DNA of 64,000 nucleotides from Parachlamydiales bacterium (GTDB lineage Bacteria; Chlamydiota; Chlamydiia; Chlamydiales; Rhabdochlamydiaceae): NCBI GenBank assembly GCA_023265455.1, contig JAHFTQ010000006.1, positions 30,746 to 94,745 of the forward strand, read 5' to 3'. Shown piece by piece: positions 54,984 to 64,000 of this stretch (position 1 is its first letter; each line of letters starts with the position of its first letter). The notes under the pieces were generated by a model. It saw only the letters and a program-made list of their open reading frames with translations, ran no database searches and was not told where the DNA came from. The position numbers and the translations under genes were made by a program.

Positions 54984-56739
54984 GTTTTTTCTCGAGAAAG
55001 TCCCACCTCAAATAGAGCTGCTCAAGGCGAGTCTCGGCTAAACCGATCTGATTGCAAAGAGACTCCAGTTGGGAGTTAGCAGGGTCTTCTAGCAAGAGAT
55101 GGAGCCCCCGGATTTCTTGTTCCAGTTTCAGGATTTGGCCTTCGATTTTTTCATATTCCTTTTTTTCAGCATAGGTGAGTTTGGCTTTAGTCGTCGGCTG
55201 ACCTGATTTTTCCTCTTTGAGTTTTTCAGGTGGTTTTTTAAGTGACGCTTCCCACTGCTGATAGCTGGCAAAGAGTTCGTTATGATTAGGGTCTCCAAGG
55301 GCAAGAAGAGTACTGCAAATCCTATCGAGTAAACACCGATCATGGGTGATTAAGACAATAGCCCCCGGAAACTCAAGAAGGCTCTCTTCAAGGGTTTCTA
55401 AAGTGGGAATGTCGAGATCATTTGTCGGCTCGTCTAGAAGCAAGATATCAGCAGGCTGCAGCATCAGATGAGCAATGGAAATCCGCGCCCGTTCTCCGCC
55501 GGAGAGTTTTTCAAGAGGCATGTCTAAAATATCGGGAGTGAAGAGAAACCGTTTACACCAGCCATTGACGTGGATTTTCTGCCCATGAAAATCGACAAAA
55601 TCTCCTTGAGGAGAAAGCGCTTGGCGCAGTGTGATATTCAAGGGAAGCTGGGAGCGGTGTTGATCAAAGTAGACAATTTTCAGATTATCAGCTTTTTTGA
55701 GTGTGCCTTGATCGGGAGCTAGATTGCCAGCGATGATTTGGAGAAGCGTGGTTTTACCAGATCCGTTAGGGCCCATGAGACCTATCCGGGTGCCAGGCGA
55801 CAGTGTAAAATCTAGATGTTGGAAAAGGAGGCGATTTCCCAGCACTTTGGAGAGGTTTTTTGCAACGACGAGTTTGCGCGTTTCGCGCTCGCTTGCGGAA
55901 AATTCAATCGAAGCTTTTTTCTGACGGTTTCTATTTTGAATCTGAGAAAGCTCTTGGAGGAGCTCATGAGCCTCACTGACCCGGGATTTAGATTTTGATG
56001 TCCTGGCTTTGGGTGTACTGCGGAGCCATTCAAGTTCTCTCCTGGCTTTTGAAGCATGGGATCTTTCTTGTTCGAGCTGTCCTTGAAGAAAACCCTCTTT
56101 TTTCTCCAAAAAGTGAGAGTAAGAGCCTTTGATGGCAAAAAGACCACCCGGATAGACAGGATTGATCTCGACGACCTGATTAACCATATTCTGAAGAAAA
56201 TACCTGTCATGGCTGACGAGAAGATAAGAAGGACATTCTTTTAATAGAAATTTTTCTAACCAGAAAATCCCTTCAAGGTCCAGGTGGTTGGTCGGTTCAT
56301 CGAGCAAGAGCAAATCAGGGGAGTTGATCAGAGCCTGAGCTAGGCTCAGCCGTTTTTTCCACCCTCCTGATAGACGGGCAGCAGAAGGCTCGGTTCCTTT
56401 AAAGCCCAGTTTGCTCATCCAGGTCTGGACGAGTAACTCTTTTTCATAGTCGGGGGCTTCGAGCTTTAAAGAATTCAATAAAATAGTTGCAGGGGGCTCG
56501 TCTAAAAATTCAGAAGATTGGGGAACATATCCGATTTTGAGCCCTCTTTTAGCAGAGATGGTGCCTTCAGTCGCAGGTTCATCCCCCGATAGAATCTTCA
56601 ATAGAGTCGATTTTCCTGAGCCATTGGGACCAATCAGCCCTACCCGGTCTTCTGAGAAAAGACTAAAGGATAGGTCTTTGAAAAGCAGACGGTGACTAAA
56701 AGATTTACTTAAATGCTGACAGGTCAGAAATAGGGTCAT
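54970..56739 (-). CDS. ABC-F family ATPase (two tandem ABC domains, C-terminal coiled coil; Uup-like)
   Basis: GPNGSGKSTLLKIL / LSGGWKKRLSLAQAL / LLLDEPTNHLD, and GPNGSGKTTLLQII / LSGGERARISIAHLM / LLLDEPTNDLD. There is no membrane domain. Confidence 0.9.
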   Translation of the reverse strand: MTLFLTCQHLSKSFSHRLLFKDLSFSLFSEDRVGLIGPNGSGKSTLLKILSGDEPATEGTISAKRGLKIGYVPQSSEFLDEPPATILLNSLKLEAPDYEKELLVQTWMSKLGFKGTEPSAARLSGGWKKRLSLAQALINSPDLLLLDEPTNHLDLEGIFWLEKFLLKECPSYLLVSHDRYFLQNMVNQVVEINPVYPGGLFAIKGSYSHFLEKKEGFLQGQLEQERSHASKARRELEWLRSTPKARTSKSKSRVSEAHELLQELSQIQNRNRQKKASIEFSASERETRKLVVAKNLSKVLGNRLLFQHLDFTLSPGTRIGLMGPNGSGKTTLLQIIAGNLAPDQGTLKKADNLKIVYFDQHRSQLPLNITLRQALSPQGDFVDFHGQKIHVNGWCKRFLFTPDILDMPLEKLSGGERARISIAHLMLQPADILLLDEPTNDLDIPTLETLEESLLEFPGAIVLITHDRCLLDRICSTLLALGDPNHNELFASYQQWEASLKKPPEKLKEEKSGQPTTKAKLTYAEKKEYEKIEGQILKLEQEIRGLHLLLEDPANSQLESLCNQIGLAETRLEQLYLRWDFLEKKLNSN

Positions 56740-56877
56740 GGCGAGATTATAACTCTATTTTGCATTTGGCTCTATATTTTAAGAAGTGCGTGTGGCATAA
56801 TATGGGCCTTGTAACAACAGATTTTAAAAAAAAGGGCACAGCTGCAAGAAGTGTCCACAGCAAGGACACTAGATTAT

Positions 56878-58440
56878 ATGACAGATTTTAAACAGCTGGG
56901 AGTGCCCAGCGAGCTTGTGACTGCCCTAGAACGGATGAAGATTACCGTACCCACACCCATTCAAGAAGCCGCGATTCCCCCCGCTCTTGAAGGTCTCGAT
57001 ATTTTGGCATCAGCCCAAACAGGGACAGGTAAAACTGTCGCTTATTCGATTCCTTTAATCATGAAACTTGGCAATAACCCTGGAAGTACAGCCCTTATTT
57101 TGGCTCCGACAAGAGAACTGGCCCTTCAGGTCCAGACAACACTGATTGAAATTTTGGGTAGAGCTTCCAATTTTAGAACAGCGCTTCTCATTGGGGGAGC
57201 TCCGATGTTTAAACAGATTAAAGATCTTAAACGGCGTCCTCAGCTCGTTATCGGGACACCTGGAAGGATTTACGACCACCTCGAGAGAGGTACTCTCAAT
57301 TTAGACTCAACGGGCTTTTTGATCATCGATGAAGCTGACCGCATGCTCGATATGGGTTTTCAGATTCAACTCGAAAGCATTGTTGAGTATTTGCCAGCCA
57401 ATCGCCAAACGCTGATGTTTTCTGCGACAGTCCCTTCGAATATTGAACGGCTTTCCGGCAAGTATTTGCGTGATCCGAAGCGGATTACAATCGGTTCTAT
57501 GACACTCCCAGTTCCTAAGATCAAGCAAGAAACGCTTCATACGACAAATGCAGAGAAGTTCCCTCAACTTTTAAAAGAACTCGAGGAGCGAGAAGGGACC
57601 GTCTTAATTTTTGTTAAAACACGGCGCGGTGCCGATCGTCTCTCTAGAGATCTTTGCCAAAAAGGGCATGCTGCAGATGCAATCCACAGCGATCTACCTC
57701 AAAGAAGGCGAGATCGTGTGATTGAAGCGTTCCGTAATCGCAAAAATCGTATCTTAGTCGCAACGGATATTGCCGCACGCGGCCTCGATATTCCTCATTT
57801 GATGCACGTCATCAACTACGATTTGCCCCAGTGCCCTGAAGACTTCATCCACCGTATTGGAAGAACTGGCCGCGCTGGTGCAGAGGGAAGCGCTCTATGC
57901 TTCATTTCACCCGAAGATGGCAGAAAATGGAGAGCCATCTGCCTACTCATGAACCCTAAAGGAACACCCCCTAGCGTCTCTTCTGAGCGCTCCAGACCTA
58001 GAGGTGGAAGGTCCAATAATAGACCCAGCAGAGGATTCGGGGAGAGACCTCGAGGTCGATTTGGTGACAAACCTAGCGGTGGGTTTAATAAAAGATCTGA
58101 GAACCGCTCCAGTGACCGAGGTAATGACAGGCCCAGTGGCGGATTCGGGGAGAGACCCCGAGGCCGATTTGGCGATAAGCCTAGTGGTGGGTTTAATAAG
58201 AGATTCGATGACCGAAGTAATGACAGACCCAGCGGAGGATTTGGCGAGAAACCCCGAGGCCGATTTGGCGACAAGTCTGGCGGTGGATTCAATAAAAAAA
58301 GTGACAGATTTGGCGATAAAAAGGCCTTCTTTAAGAAGTCTAGCCAAAGCCGACCCTGGGAACATGGGGCTGGTAAGCCAAGGTCTGATCGCGGTCAAGG
58401 AACGGATCACCCTAAGCGAAGACAGCGGGATGCTGAATAA
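56878..58440 (+). CDS. DEAD-box ATP-dependent RNA helicase with a repetitive Arg/Gly-rich C-terminal tail
   Basis: Q-motif region FKQLGVPSEL...PTPIQ, then AQTGTGKT, DEAD, SAT and HRIGRTGRAG. The ATG at 56878 is preferred over the GTG at 56851. Confidence 0.9.
   Translation: MTDFKQLGVPSELVTALERMKITVPTPIQEAAIPPALEGLDILASAQTGTGKTVAYSIPLIMKLGNNPGSTALILAPTRELALQVQTTLIEILGRASNFRTALLIGGAPMFKQIKDLKRRPQLVIGTPGRIYDHLERGTLNLDSTGFLIIDEADRMLDMGFQIQLESIVEYLPANRQTLMFSATVPSNIERLSGKYLRDPKRITIGSMTLPVPKIKQETLHTTNAEKFPQLLKELEEREGTVLIFVKTRRGADRLSRDLCQKGHAADAIHSDLPQRRRDRVIEAFRNRKNRILVATDIAARGLDIPHLMHVINYDLPQCPEDFIHRIGRTGRAGAEGSALCFISPEDGRKWRAICLLMNPKGTPPSVSSERSRPRGGRSNNRPSRGFGERPRGRFGDKPSGGFNKRSENRSSDRGNDRPSGGFGERPRGRFGDKPSGGFNKRFDDRSNDRPSGGFGEKPRGRFGDKSGGGFNKKSDRFGDKKAFFKKSSQSRPWEHGAGKPRSDRGQGTDHPKRRQRDAE
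58021..58299 (+). repeat. Three in-frame copies of a roughly 75-nt unit encoding RPSGGFGERPRGRFGDKPSGGFNKR
   Basis: Units start at 58021, 58129 and 58225 (spacing 108 and 96 nt) within the helicase C-terminus. Confidence 0.85.
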
Positions 58441-58466
58441 GTCTTTAATTTAAAACAAGTTACATC

Positions 58467-58508
58467 CAACTACCAATTTGGTACCAAAATCTACCAAATT
58501 GGTAGTTG
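58467..58508. repeat. Perfect 17-bp inverted repeat (hairpin) downstream of the helicase gene
   Basis: caactaccaatttggta-ccaaaatc-taccaaattggtagttg. Each arm is itself nearly self-complementary (taccaatttggta). Confidence 0.7.
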
Positions 58509-58614
58509 ACCCATGTTTTCTGATAAAATAATTTTTATATAAAACAGGACTCCATTGCTAAAAAAAGAGATATTTGATAAAATGCCTCTACATAAATAGC
58601 AAAATGGGGAGCAA

Positions 58615-59334
58615 ATGTCAGAATTAAATGGAATTAGTAGTTGTGAATTAAATTCCTTGAAAGACGACGTCATAAAACAGGGAATCGGTTCTTCTGAAAA
58701 GACAGAAACTGTTGTCACAAAAAAATTTGCGATGATGCGCGTGGCTGCCCATGATAAACAAGATCATCTCACTATTGAAGGTCAAAAACGGGCTTATAGT
58801 GCGATGGTGGTGCTTGCAGACTTAGCAAAAGAAGCCGGTGCTGATAAAATTCGCGTGATTCACTCTGATACCCCTAGCGCTAGGCAAACTGTTGAGTTCA
58901 TGAGGCGTTATCAACTAGATGATCGAAATATCCAAGACGCTCGTCTCAATGAAAGCCAAAGCGGACCGTTGCTCAAACAATTGAAAAAAGAGAATCCTAC
59001 AGCCTACCAAGAGTATGGTCAACTCTCACCCGAAGCTAAATTTGAGGCAAAACCGGTCGTTGGATATGAATCAGGACGTGAAATGTTCAACCGGATGAAT
59101 GCTGCTGTCCAAACTCATCTTGCTTCGGCAGATGACAAGACTTTTACGGTTTTTATCACCCATCAAAACTGCATGCTAAACTGGATGCGGGGATTGGGAG
59201 AACAGGTGCCTGCCGATTGGAAAAAGCACCACGCTACGAGTGGTGAAATCTATCCCCTGCAGCAAATCAACGGCATTTTCTCGCAATTAAGAGATAGGCA
59301 AAGACCTGTCATTATTGAAGGGATTGTACCTTAA
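58615..59334 (+). CDS. Histidine phosphatase superfamily-like protein, divergent paralog of 14597-15316
   Basis: Same length (239 aa) and collinear blocks (HSDTPSARQT, FITHQNCM). The RH catalytic dipeptide position reads MMRVAAHD. Confidence 0.5.
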   Translation: MSELNGISSCELNSLKDDVIKQGIGSSEKTETVVTKKFAMMRVAAHDKQDHLTIEGQKRAYSAMVVLADLAKEAGADKIRVIHSDTPSARQTVEFMRRYQLDDRNIQDARLNESQSGPLLKQLKKENPTAYQEYGQLSPEAKFEAKPVVGYESGREMFNRMNAAVQTHLASADDKTFTVFITHQNCMLNWMRGLGEQVPADWKKHHATSGEIYPLQQINGIFSQLRDRQRPVIIEGIVP

Positions 59335-59375
59335 GTTTCGAATCAAAATTTAACTAAAATATAAGGAGTTATTTT

Positions 59376-60143
59376 ATGGCAGCCCCTATTTCATCCTGTT
59401 CAAACATAACCCGACATACTTGTTATAGAAAAGAACAAGGAGGCACTCAGAACCATCGAGCTGCAGCCCCGTCTGAAGACAAAGTTACTCAGGTTATCAG
59501 GATGCCTGTGCGGTATATGCAATCCTCATTTTCGCAGCAGAGTGTACAATCCCAACCAAGTCAGCAGGAAGATCAAGTCTTCACTGCCATTGTAGTTGGA
59601 AGTCAAGAAGATGATAGTAATAAGGCATTAAGAAGTAATTTTATGACAGCACCTACTTGTCCCCCTTTGAATACTACCTATCTTAATTTTTATGGAAAAA
59701 GAGCTGCCAAGTTCGAAACTAGAGTTGATAAGGTTACAAAGGAGCGCGTACAGGGTAGTCAACCGCCGGTTAAGTGGCAGATACATACCTTTTCCTCACA
59801 ACTCCAACCAAACCAGCAGCAAGTTGCGGGCCCTGCTCAGCAGAGTGGGAAAATTTTGTATAAGTTTGTAAATGAAACTCCAACTCATCCCTGTGAAGAG
59901 GAGGCTTGGTCATGGGATGACTGTGTCGAGGCAGTTCAAGTTTTGAATAAATCTGGCAAGGTGTTGGTAATTCCTAATTACATAGAGGATATGATAGACT
60001 ACGCTTTCGATGATTTTTACAGAGGACGGTATGACAACGCTAAAGCAAAATGTCTTGTTCTTTTAGAGGGAGAACCCCGTCATTTTCTCAACCATTTTCA
60101 GATGGGAAAATTAGAGGCATTAAGGTACGAGCTTAATTGCTAA
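59376..60143 (+). CDS. Hypothetical protein (Gln/Ser-rich N-terminus)
   Basis: 255-aa ORF preceded by aaggag. No motif recognised. Confidence 0.4.
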   Translation: MAAPISSCSNITRHTCYRKEQGGTQNHRAAAPSEDKVTQVIRMPVRYMQSSFSQQSVQSQPSQQEDQVFTAIVVGSQEDDSNKALRSNFMTAPTCPPLNTTYLNFYGKRAAKFETRVDKVTKERVQGSQPPVKWQIHTFSSQLQPNQQQVAGPAQQSGKILYKFVNETPTHPCEEEAWSWDDCVEAVQVLNKSGKVLVIPNYIEDMIDYAFDDFYRGRYDNAKAKCLVLLEGEPRHFLNHFQMGKLEALRYELNC

Positions 60144-62136
60144 GTTCCATGACAAGAGGCTTGGCATCGTAGATTTTCTCAAGGGATTCTAAAATCGCTT
60201 GAGAGTGGACGCTGATCGCTCGTCCTTGGAGATCGTTATATTGATAATCCCAAATGAGTGAATAGATATTGCCATCAAAAATCAGGCCAACGAACTCTCC
60301 CTTCATGTTAACCATCGGGCTGCCGGAATTTCCTCCGATGATATCGTGGGTGGAAACGAAGTTAAATGGAGTGGTGTTAGTGGCTAGGGTGGATGATTTC
60401 AGAGTCCAGCTCGGGGGGAGTTCAAATTCTCCTTTAGAGCCGTGAGCTTGGGCATGCTGGAAGGTGCCCCCGATGGTTGTCATCGGTTTGATCAGATCTT
60501 TTTTCTCTTGGTAGCCTTTGACAGTTCCTATCGAAAGACGCAGCGTAAAGGTGCCGTCGGGATAGAGCGATTCGCCGTACTGTTTAAAAAGAACTTCTGT
60601 AATTTGGGCATAGCTGGCTTTTTTGACGCTATCGAGCTCGGTTTCTATTTTTTGACGCAGTTCGCGAGCTGGCGGATCGAGCTTTAAAGCGAGTTGGATG
60701 AGAGGATCTGAAGAGGTCGCGATTTTTTCAAGGTGAGCAAAGAGATCTTCGCGATACGCTTTGTCAGCCATACGGGTGCCTTTTATACATTCTTCCGCGA
60801 CTTGACGAGGGTTTGTGATGGGACTTTTCGGCCCTAGCACCGCTTTCAAATTTTCTAAACCGCAGGTTAAGTTGAGCTGTTCCAAGCTGGGGTAGATCGG
60901 CTTTGACGAAAAAAGATCTAATTTGAGAGTGGGGATCTCTGTATCTGTATACTCTTTGAGGCGCTCTGCGTTGGGCTTTTTAAGTTCAACAAAGAGGCGC
61001 ACCAACTGCTTGGCCCACCGGTAGAGGGTTGAGTAATTAGATCCAGAGCCCTCGAGGATCATATAGGAAGGGTAGTAAGGTTTTGCTTTTTCAAGGGCCT
61101 CTTCGATGTTCTGGAAGGGGACGGCCAGCGCTGTTTCGGAGGCTTCTTGTTTTTTCTTTTTCTGGATGATGTCGCTGGTTGCAAATCCTTGCTGAATCCC
61201 CTTGAGCGCTTTGAACGTATTCATCAGCCTGGCGAGCTGCTCAGAGGCGATGCGACGATTTTCGGGGCTTTTTTGGGAAAATGACTCGAGCGCTTTGATT
61301 TTTTTGCTAACCCATTGCAAAATCAAGGGAAGCTCTAGGTTATTAAAAAAAGTCAAATGAGCCGCTGTGTAGAGCCGCTCCGTATGTCCAGGATTTCCTG
61401 AGACAAAAAGAAATTCTAAAGAGTGAGGACCAGAGGCGCTCCATTTGAGATAATGGTCGGTTACAAGCGGCTGGTCGCTATCATAAACTCGGAAAAAACA
61501 GACGTCCAAATCATAGCGAGGGAATTCAAAGTTGTCGTGGTCTCCTCCGAAAGAGGCGATTTTTTTCTCAGGAGCAAAAACTAAACGGACATCGGTGTAT
61601 CTCTTGTAAAGATAGAGGTGATAGAGAGCGCCCCCGTAGAGCATGACAACTTGAGGCTGCAGCGATGTGAGTTTTTGCTGCTCATCTTTAATCCGGGCTG
61701 TCGCTTCTTTCTGCGCCTTTTCTCGATCGGCAGGGGAGGTGATGCCTTGAGTCGCCTCATGAATCTGGTCTGTGATGTCGATGATGGAAATCAGTTGATC
61801 GACATACATACCCGGGCATTTGAGCTCTTGGTCGTAAGAGGGTGCGTAGAACCCTTCTTCCACAAGATTGCGCTCTTCCGTTGAAAGGCTATAAATGGCC
61901 TCAAAGCCGACATGGTGGTTGGTCAGAACAAGCCCTTTGGAAGAGACAAAAGATCCTGAGCCTCCCGAGCTGATGCGGAGGGATGATTTTTGAAGATGGG
62001 AGAGCCACTCTGGCTCAAGGGTAATCCCTTGTTTTTGAAGCTTTTCATGAGGAATCATATTGAAGGGCCACATCCCTTCTTCGGCATGAACTAGGGAGCA
62101 AAGGAATACGATGAGTACTAAAAATTGACTTTGCAT
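60133..62136 (-). CDS. Peptidase S46 family dipeptidyl-peptidase (DPP7/DPP11-like)
   Basis: Signal peptide followed by EEGMWPFN (the S46 hallmark), TNHHVG (His) and GGNSGSPMVN (Ser). Confidence 0.85.
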   Translation of the reverse strand: MQSQFLVLIVFLCSLVHAEEGMWPFNMIPHEKLQKQGITLEPEWLSHLQKSSLRISSGGSGSFVSSKGLVLTNHHVGFEAIYSLSTEERNLVEEGFYAPSYDQELKCPGMYVDQLISIIDITDQIHEATQGITSPADREKAQKEATARIKDEQQKLTSLQPQVVMLYGGALYHLYLYKRYTDVRLVFAPEKKIASFGGDHDNFEFPRYDLDVCFFRVYDSDQPLVTDHYLKWSASGPHSLEFLFVSGNPGHTERLYTAAHLTFFNNLELPLILQWVSKKIKALESFSQKSPENRRIASEQLARLMNTFKALKGIQQGFATSDIIQKKKKQEASETALAVPFQNIEEALEKAKPYYPSYMILEGSGSNYSTLYRWAKQLVRLFVELKKPNAERLKEYTDTEIPTLKLDLFSSKPIYPSLEQLNLTCGLENLKAVLGPKSPITNPRQVAEECIKGTRMADKAYREDLFAHLEKIATSSDPLIQLALKLDPPARELRQKIETELDSVKKASYAQITEVLFKQYGESLYPDGTFTLRLSIGTVKGYQEKKDLIKPMTTIGGTFQHAQAHGSKGEFELPPSWTLKSSTLATNTTPFNFVSTHDIIGGNSGSPMVNMKGEFVGLIFDGNIYSLIWDYQYNDLQGRAISVHSQAILESLEKIYDAKPLVMELSN

Positions 62137-62789
62137 TCTGTCTCCTCACAGTGGCGAATAATCCCTTTGACGACTTCGTCAAGATCGTCCGTGAGGGTGA
62201 TGAGTTTGAAGTCATCAGGATCGATGTACTTATGCTCAAGAGGAATATCTTTGAGCCAGTTGAGAAGTCCTTCCCAGTAGGATTTTCCGACTAAAAAGAC
62301 AGGAAAACGGGCGATTTTTTTGGTTTTGATCAGGGTTAGCGCTTCAAACAGTTCGTCCATCGTTCCAAATCCTCCGGGAAAGACGACAAAGGCTTGGGCA
62401 TACCGGACAAACATCACTTTTCTAACAAAAAAATACCGAAACTTCAGCAGGAATTTCCCATCGATGAACGGGTTGGGAGCCTCTTCCGTCGGAAGATCAA
62501 TGCAAAGGCCGCACGATTTTCCTCCAGCAGCTTTGGCTCCTTCATTGGCAGCCTCCATGATGCCAGGGCCTCCGCCTGTAATGACCCCAAATCCTGCTTT
62601 TGCGAGCTTAGCAGCTAATGTAGCCGCTTGGGTGTAGTAAGGGTCGTCACCTCTGGTTTGAGAGCCTCCGAAGATAGCCACAGAAGGTCCTAAGGAAATC
62701 ATTGTCTCAAAGCCGTCAACGAGCTCGGAGAGAATGCGGAAGATACGCCATGCATCCCATTGGTGAGTTTCTAGATCTTTTCTAGGCAT
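62118..62789 (-). CDS. LOG family protein (TIGR00730; nucleotide 5'-monophosphate nucleosidase / cytokinin riboside phosphoribohydrolase-like)
   Basis: GGGPGIMEA and PGGFGTMDELFE motifs. The track ORF extends to 62864, but that part overlaps the upstream gene. The internal Met (MPRKDLETHQWDAWRIF...) at about 62789 is preferred. Confidence 0.8.
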   Translation of the reverse strand: MPRKDLETHQWDAWRIFRILSELVDGFETMISLGPSVAIFGGSQTRGDDPYYTQAATLAAKLAKAGFGVITGGGPGIMEAANEGAKAAGGKSCGLCIDLPTEEAPNPFIDGKFLLKFRYFFVRKVMFVRYAQAFVVFPGGFGTMDELFEALTLIKTKKIARFPVFLVGKSYWEGLLNWLKDIPLEHKYIDPDDFKLITLTDDLDEVVKGIIRHCEETECKVNF

Positions 62790-63675
62790 GGAAGGGGGGC
62801 CTGTATTTTTTCTTGTAGGGGAGGTGGGCATGTTTGCCATAGACCACCTCGTGGAGGTTTTCAATGGCCATGAATGCGGTGGGATCTTCTCGGAGGACGA
62901 TTTCTTTCAGTTCGGCAAGATCGAGGCGCTCCACGATGATATAGAGAATTTCGCGAGAGTCTCCGCTAAAACCTCCCTTGCCATGCATGATCGTAAGTCC
63001 CAGCCCGAGCTCATCCATAATAATGTTGGCGAGCTGCTGAGGTTTAGAAGAGATGATGATCGCCGATTTCAGCTCATCGAGGCCCATGATGACCAAATCG
63101 ATCATCTTAAATGCAACGATGTAGGTGATCAGCGACTGCAAAGCAAAGTGCCAATTCTGGAAAATCCAACCGTAAGCTGTGAAGATGAAAATGTTGATGA
63201 ACATGACAACTTGCCCAACGGTGTATCCTTTCTTGCGGTTGATCAAGATAGCAAGGATTTCCGTGCCATCGACGCACCCTCCATGCCGAATGATGAGTCC
63301 CACGCCCACTCCCAAGAGAGCGCCTCCGACAACGATCACTTCAATCGGGTCGCCTAGGAAAGGGGGAATGTGGGAGGCCACCATTAAAAAAGCTGCAAAT
63401 AAAAGAACTGCTACGCACATGTAGATGACAAAGGTGCGCCGGATATGTCTGAAGGCCATATAAATAAATGGAACATTCAAGACGATGAGGAAGTAAGACA
63501 AATACGACTCCCCAAAAAGTCTGGAAAGGATCAAGGCAATACCAACGGTTCCTCCATCGATAATCGAGTTAGGTAGCAAGAAAACGCGGAGAGAGAAAGC
63601 AGCAAGGAACGCTCCTAGCATCAGCCAAAAATAGAGCGAGAGGTGGTGTTTAAGACTCTTTTTTACAGCCGGCAT
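62782..63675 (-). CDS. YitT family membrane protein (DUF161 membrane domain plus DUF2179 C-terminal domain)
   Basis: 297 aa with five or six transmembrane segments (IIDGGTVGIALIL...), then the soluble C-terminus GLTIMHGKGGFSGDSREILYIIVERLDLAELKEIV. Confidence 0.75.
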   Translation of the reverse strand: MPAVKKSLKHHLSLYFWLMLGAFLAAFSLRVFLLPNSIIDGGTVGIALILSRLFGESYLSYFLIVLNVPFIYMAFRHIRRTFVIYMCVAVLLFAAFLMVASHIPPFLGDPIEVIVVGGALLGVGVGLIIRHGGCVDGTEILAILINRKKGYTVGQVVMFINIFIFTAYGWIFQNWHFALQSLITYIVAFKMIDLVIMGLDELKSAIIISSKPQQLANIIMDELGLGLTIMHGKGGFSGDSREILYIIVERLDLAELKEIVLREDPTAFMAIENLHEVVYGKHAHLPYKKKYRPPFHA

Positions 63676-63678
63676 GGG

Positions 63679-64000
63679 TTATTCCTTCGATTTTAAGATA
63701 GAACCTTTACTATTCCACAGCTTCATTTCTTGGACAAGAGGTTCAACACAGCATTTGCAAGATTGTCCACTTTGGCAGCATTTGATGCCATTTCTTTCCA
63801 GTGTATCAATGTAGGGATACAGCTGCCGGAGAATTTTAATTTTCTGAAAGATATTAGGAACTTTATCTCGGACCATCTTTTCTGCTTGAGTGCGCATCCG
63901 GCTAGCCATTTCTCGGACCCTTTGGCGGCACTGGTAGGCCGAGATCTGCTCTTCTTCCGTCTCAATTTGAATCGGTTCACAAGAAGAGGGATCAGCGTAA
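63679..64000 (-). CDS. C-terminal part of a hypothetical Cys-rich protein; open to the window end
   Basis: The frame of track ORF 63679-63909 stays open upstream to position 64000 (YADPSSCEPIQIETEEEQISAYQCRQRVREMASRM...CCQSGQSCKCC...). It starts 4 nt from the yitT-like gene. Confidence 0.35.
   Translation of the reverse strand, partial: YADPSSCEPIQIETEEEQISAYQCRQRVREMASRMRTQAEKMVRDKVPNIFQKIKILRQLYPYIDTLERNGIKCCQSGQSCKCCVEPLVQEMKLWNSKGSILKSKE

Noticed and set aside
58021-58299. A possible CRISPR-like array, because of regularly spaced repeats.
   Set aside because: The units are 75 nt long and in frame within a helicase gene. They encode a repeated peptide, and the segments between them are also coding. 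I saw no short repeat/spacer array and no cas genes anywhere in the window.
57816-58453. Three long overlapping ORFs (158, 155 and 149 aa) on both strands across the helicase 3' end.
   Set aside because: They are artefacts of the low-complexity, triplicated Arg/Gly repeat. The DEAD-box frame is continuous and motif-supported.
62790-62864. The upstream 25 codons of the LOG-family ORF (MKTSTRWSMANMPTSPTRKNTGPPS).
   Set aside because: This segment overlaps the 3' end of the YitT-family gene by about 80 nt. An internal Met right at the upstream stop gives the typical coupled arrangement and the typical family N-terminus.
62788-63357. A 189-aa plus-strand ORF. The same applies to the antisense ORFs 6535-6966, 11439-11999 and 5660-5929, and to many ORFs of 60-110 aa in the track.
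   Set aside because: They run antisense to well-supported motif-bearing genes (YitT, Fic, SucC, the autotransporter) and have no motifs of their own. Long antisense ORFs are expected in these genes.
1-64000. tRNA, rRNA, tmRNA, RNase P or SRP RNA genes.
   Set aside because: Scanning by eye for T-loop (GGTTCGAAT-like) contexts and cloverleaf-sized intergenic segments found nothing convincing. The only ggttcgaa-like strings lie inside CDSs or palindromic repeats. This needs tRNAscan-SE and Infernal to be definitive.

Overview
This 64 kb window looks like chromosomal DNA from a Chlamydia-related (environmental Chlamydiae) bacterium. That assignment is an inference from gene content, not a database hit.

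The backbone is housekeeping genes: priA, ftsY, sucCD, htrA, malQ, a PBP4-type carboxypeptidase, several ABC ATPases, a DEAD-box helicase, an S46 peptidase, a LOG-family protein and a YitT-family protein.

A type III secretion core is present: Scc1-like chaperone, CopN/SctW gatekeeper, SctV and SctU. Its order relative to malQ matches Chlamydia trachomatis CT087-CT091, but accessory insertions break it up.

Accessory content:
- A classical autotransporter and an intimin-like inverse autotransporter.
- A Fic / HicB-like / RhuM islet.
- A Phd-VapC toxin-antitoxin pair.
- An IS607-family element (serine recombinase plus TnpB) cleanly inserted into a DUF4143-type AAA ATPase gene, with an intact paralog 12 kb away.
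- Large effector-like proteins with eukaryote-like domains: a BMT5/DUF2431-like methyltransferase, a U-box/RING-like protein, and a possible class I methyltransferase.
- A 572-aa protein whose C-terminus carries the RelA/SpoT nucleotidyltransferase motifs, followed 9 nt later by an 80-aa ORF. This is my top candidate for an undescribed two-gene module.

The most striking non-coding signal is at least nine long (about 115-240 bp) near-perfect palindromic elements. They fall into at least five sequence families and sit exactly at gene boundaries. One TIR-bounded family has a core whose orientation is uncoupled from its arms.

I saw no rRNA, tRNA or CRISPR array. Coordinates I derived by hand, rather than from the ORF track, may be off by 1-2 nt.
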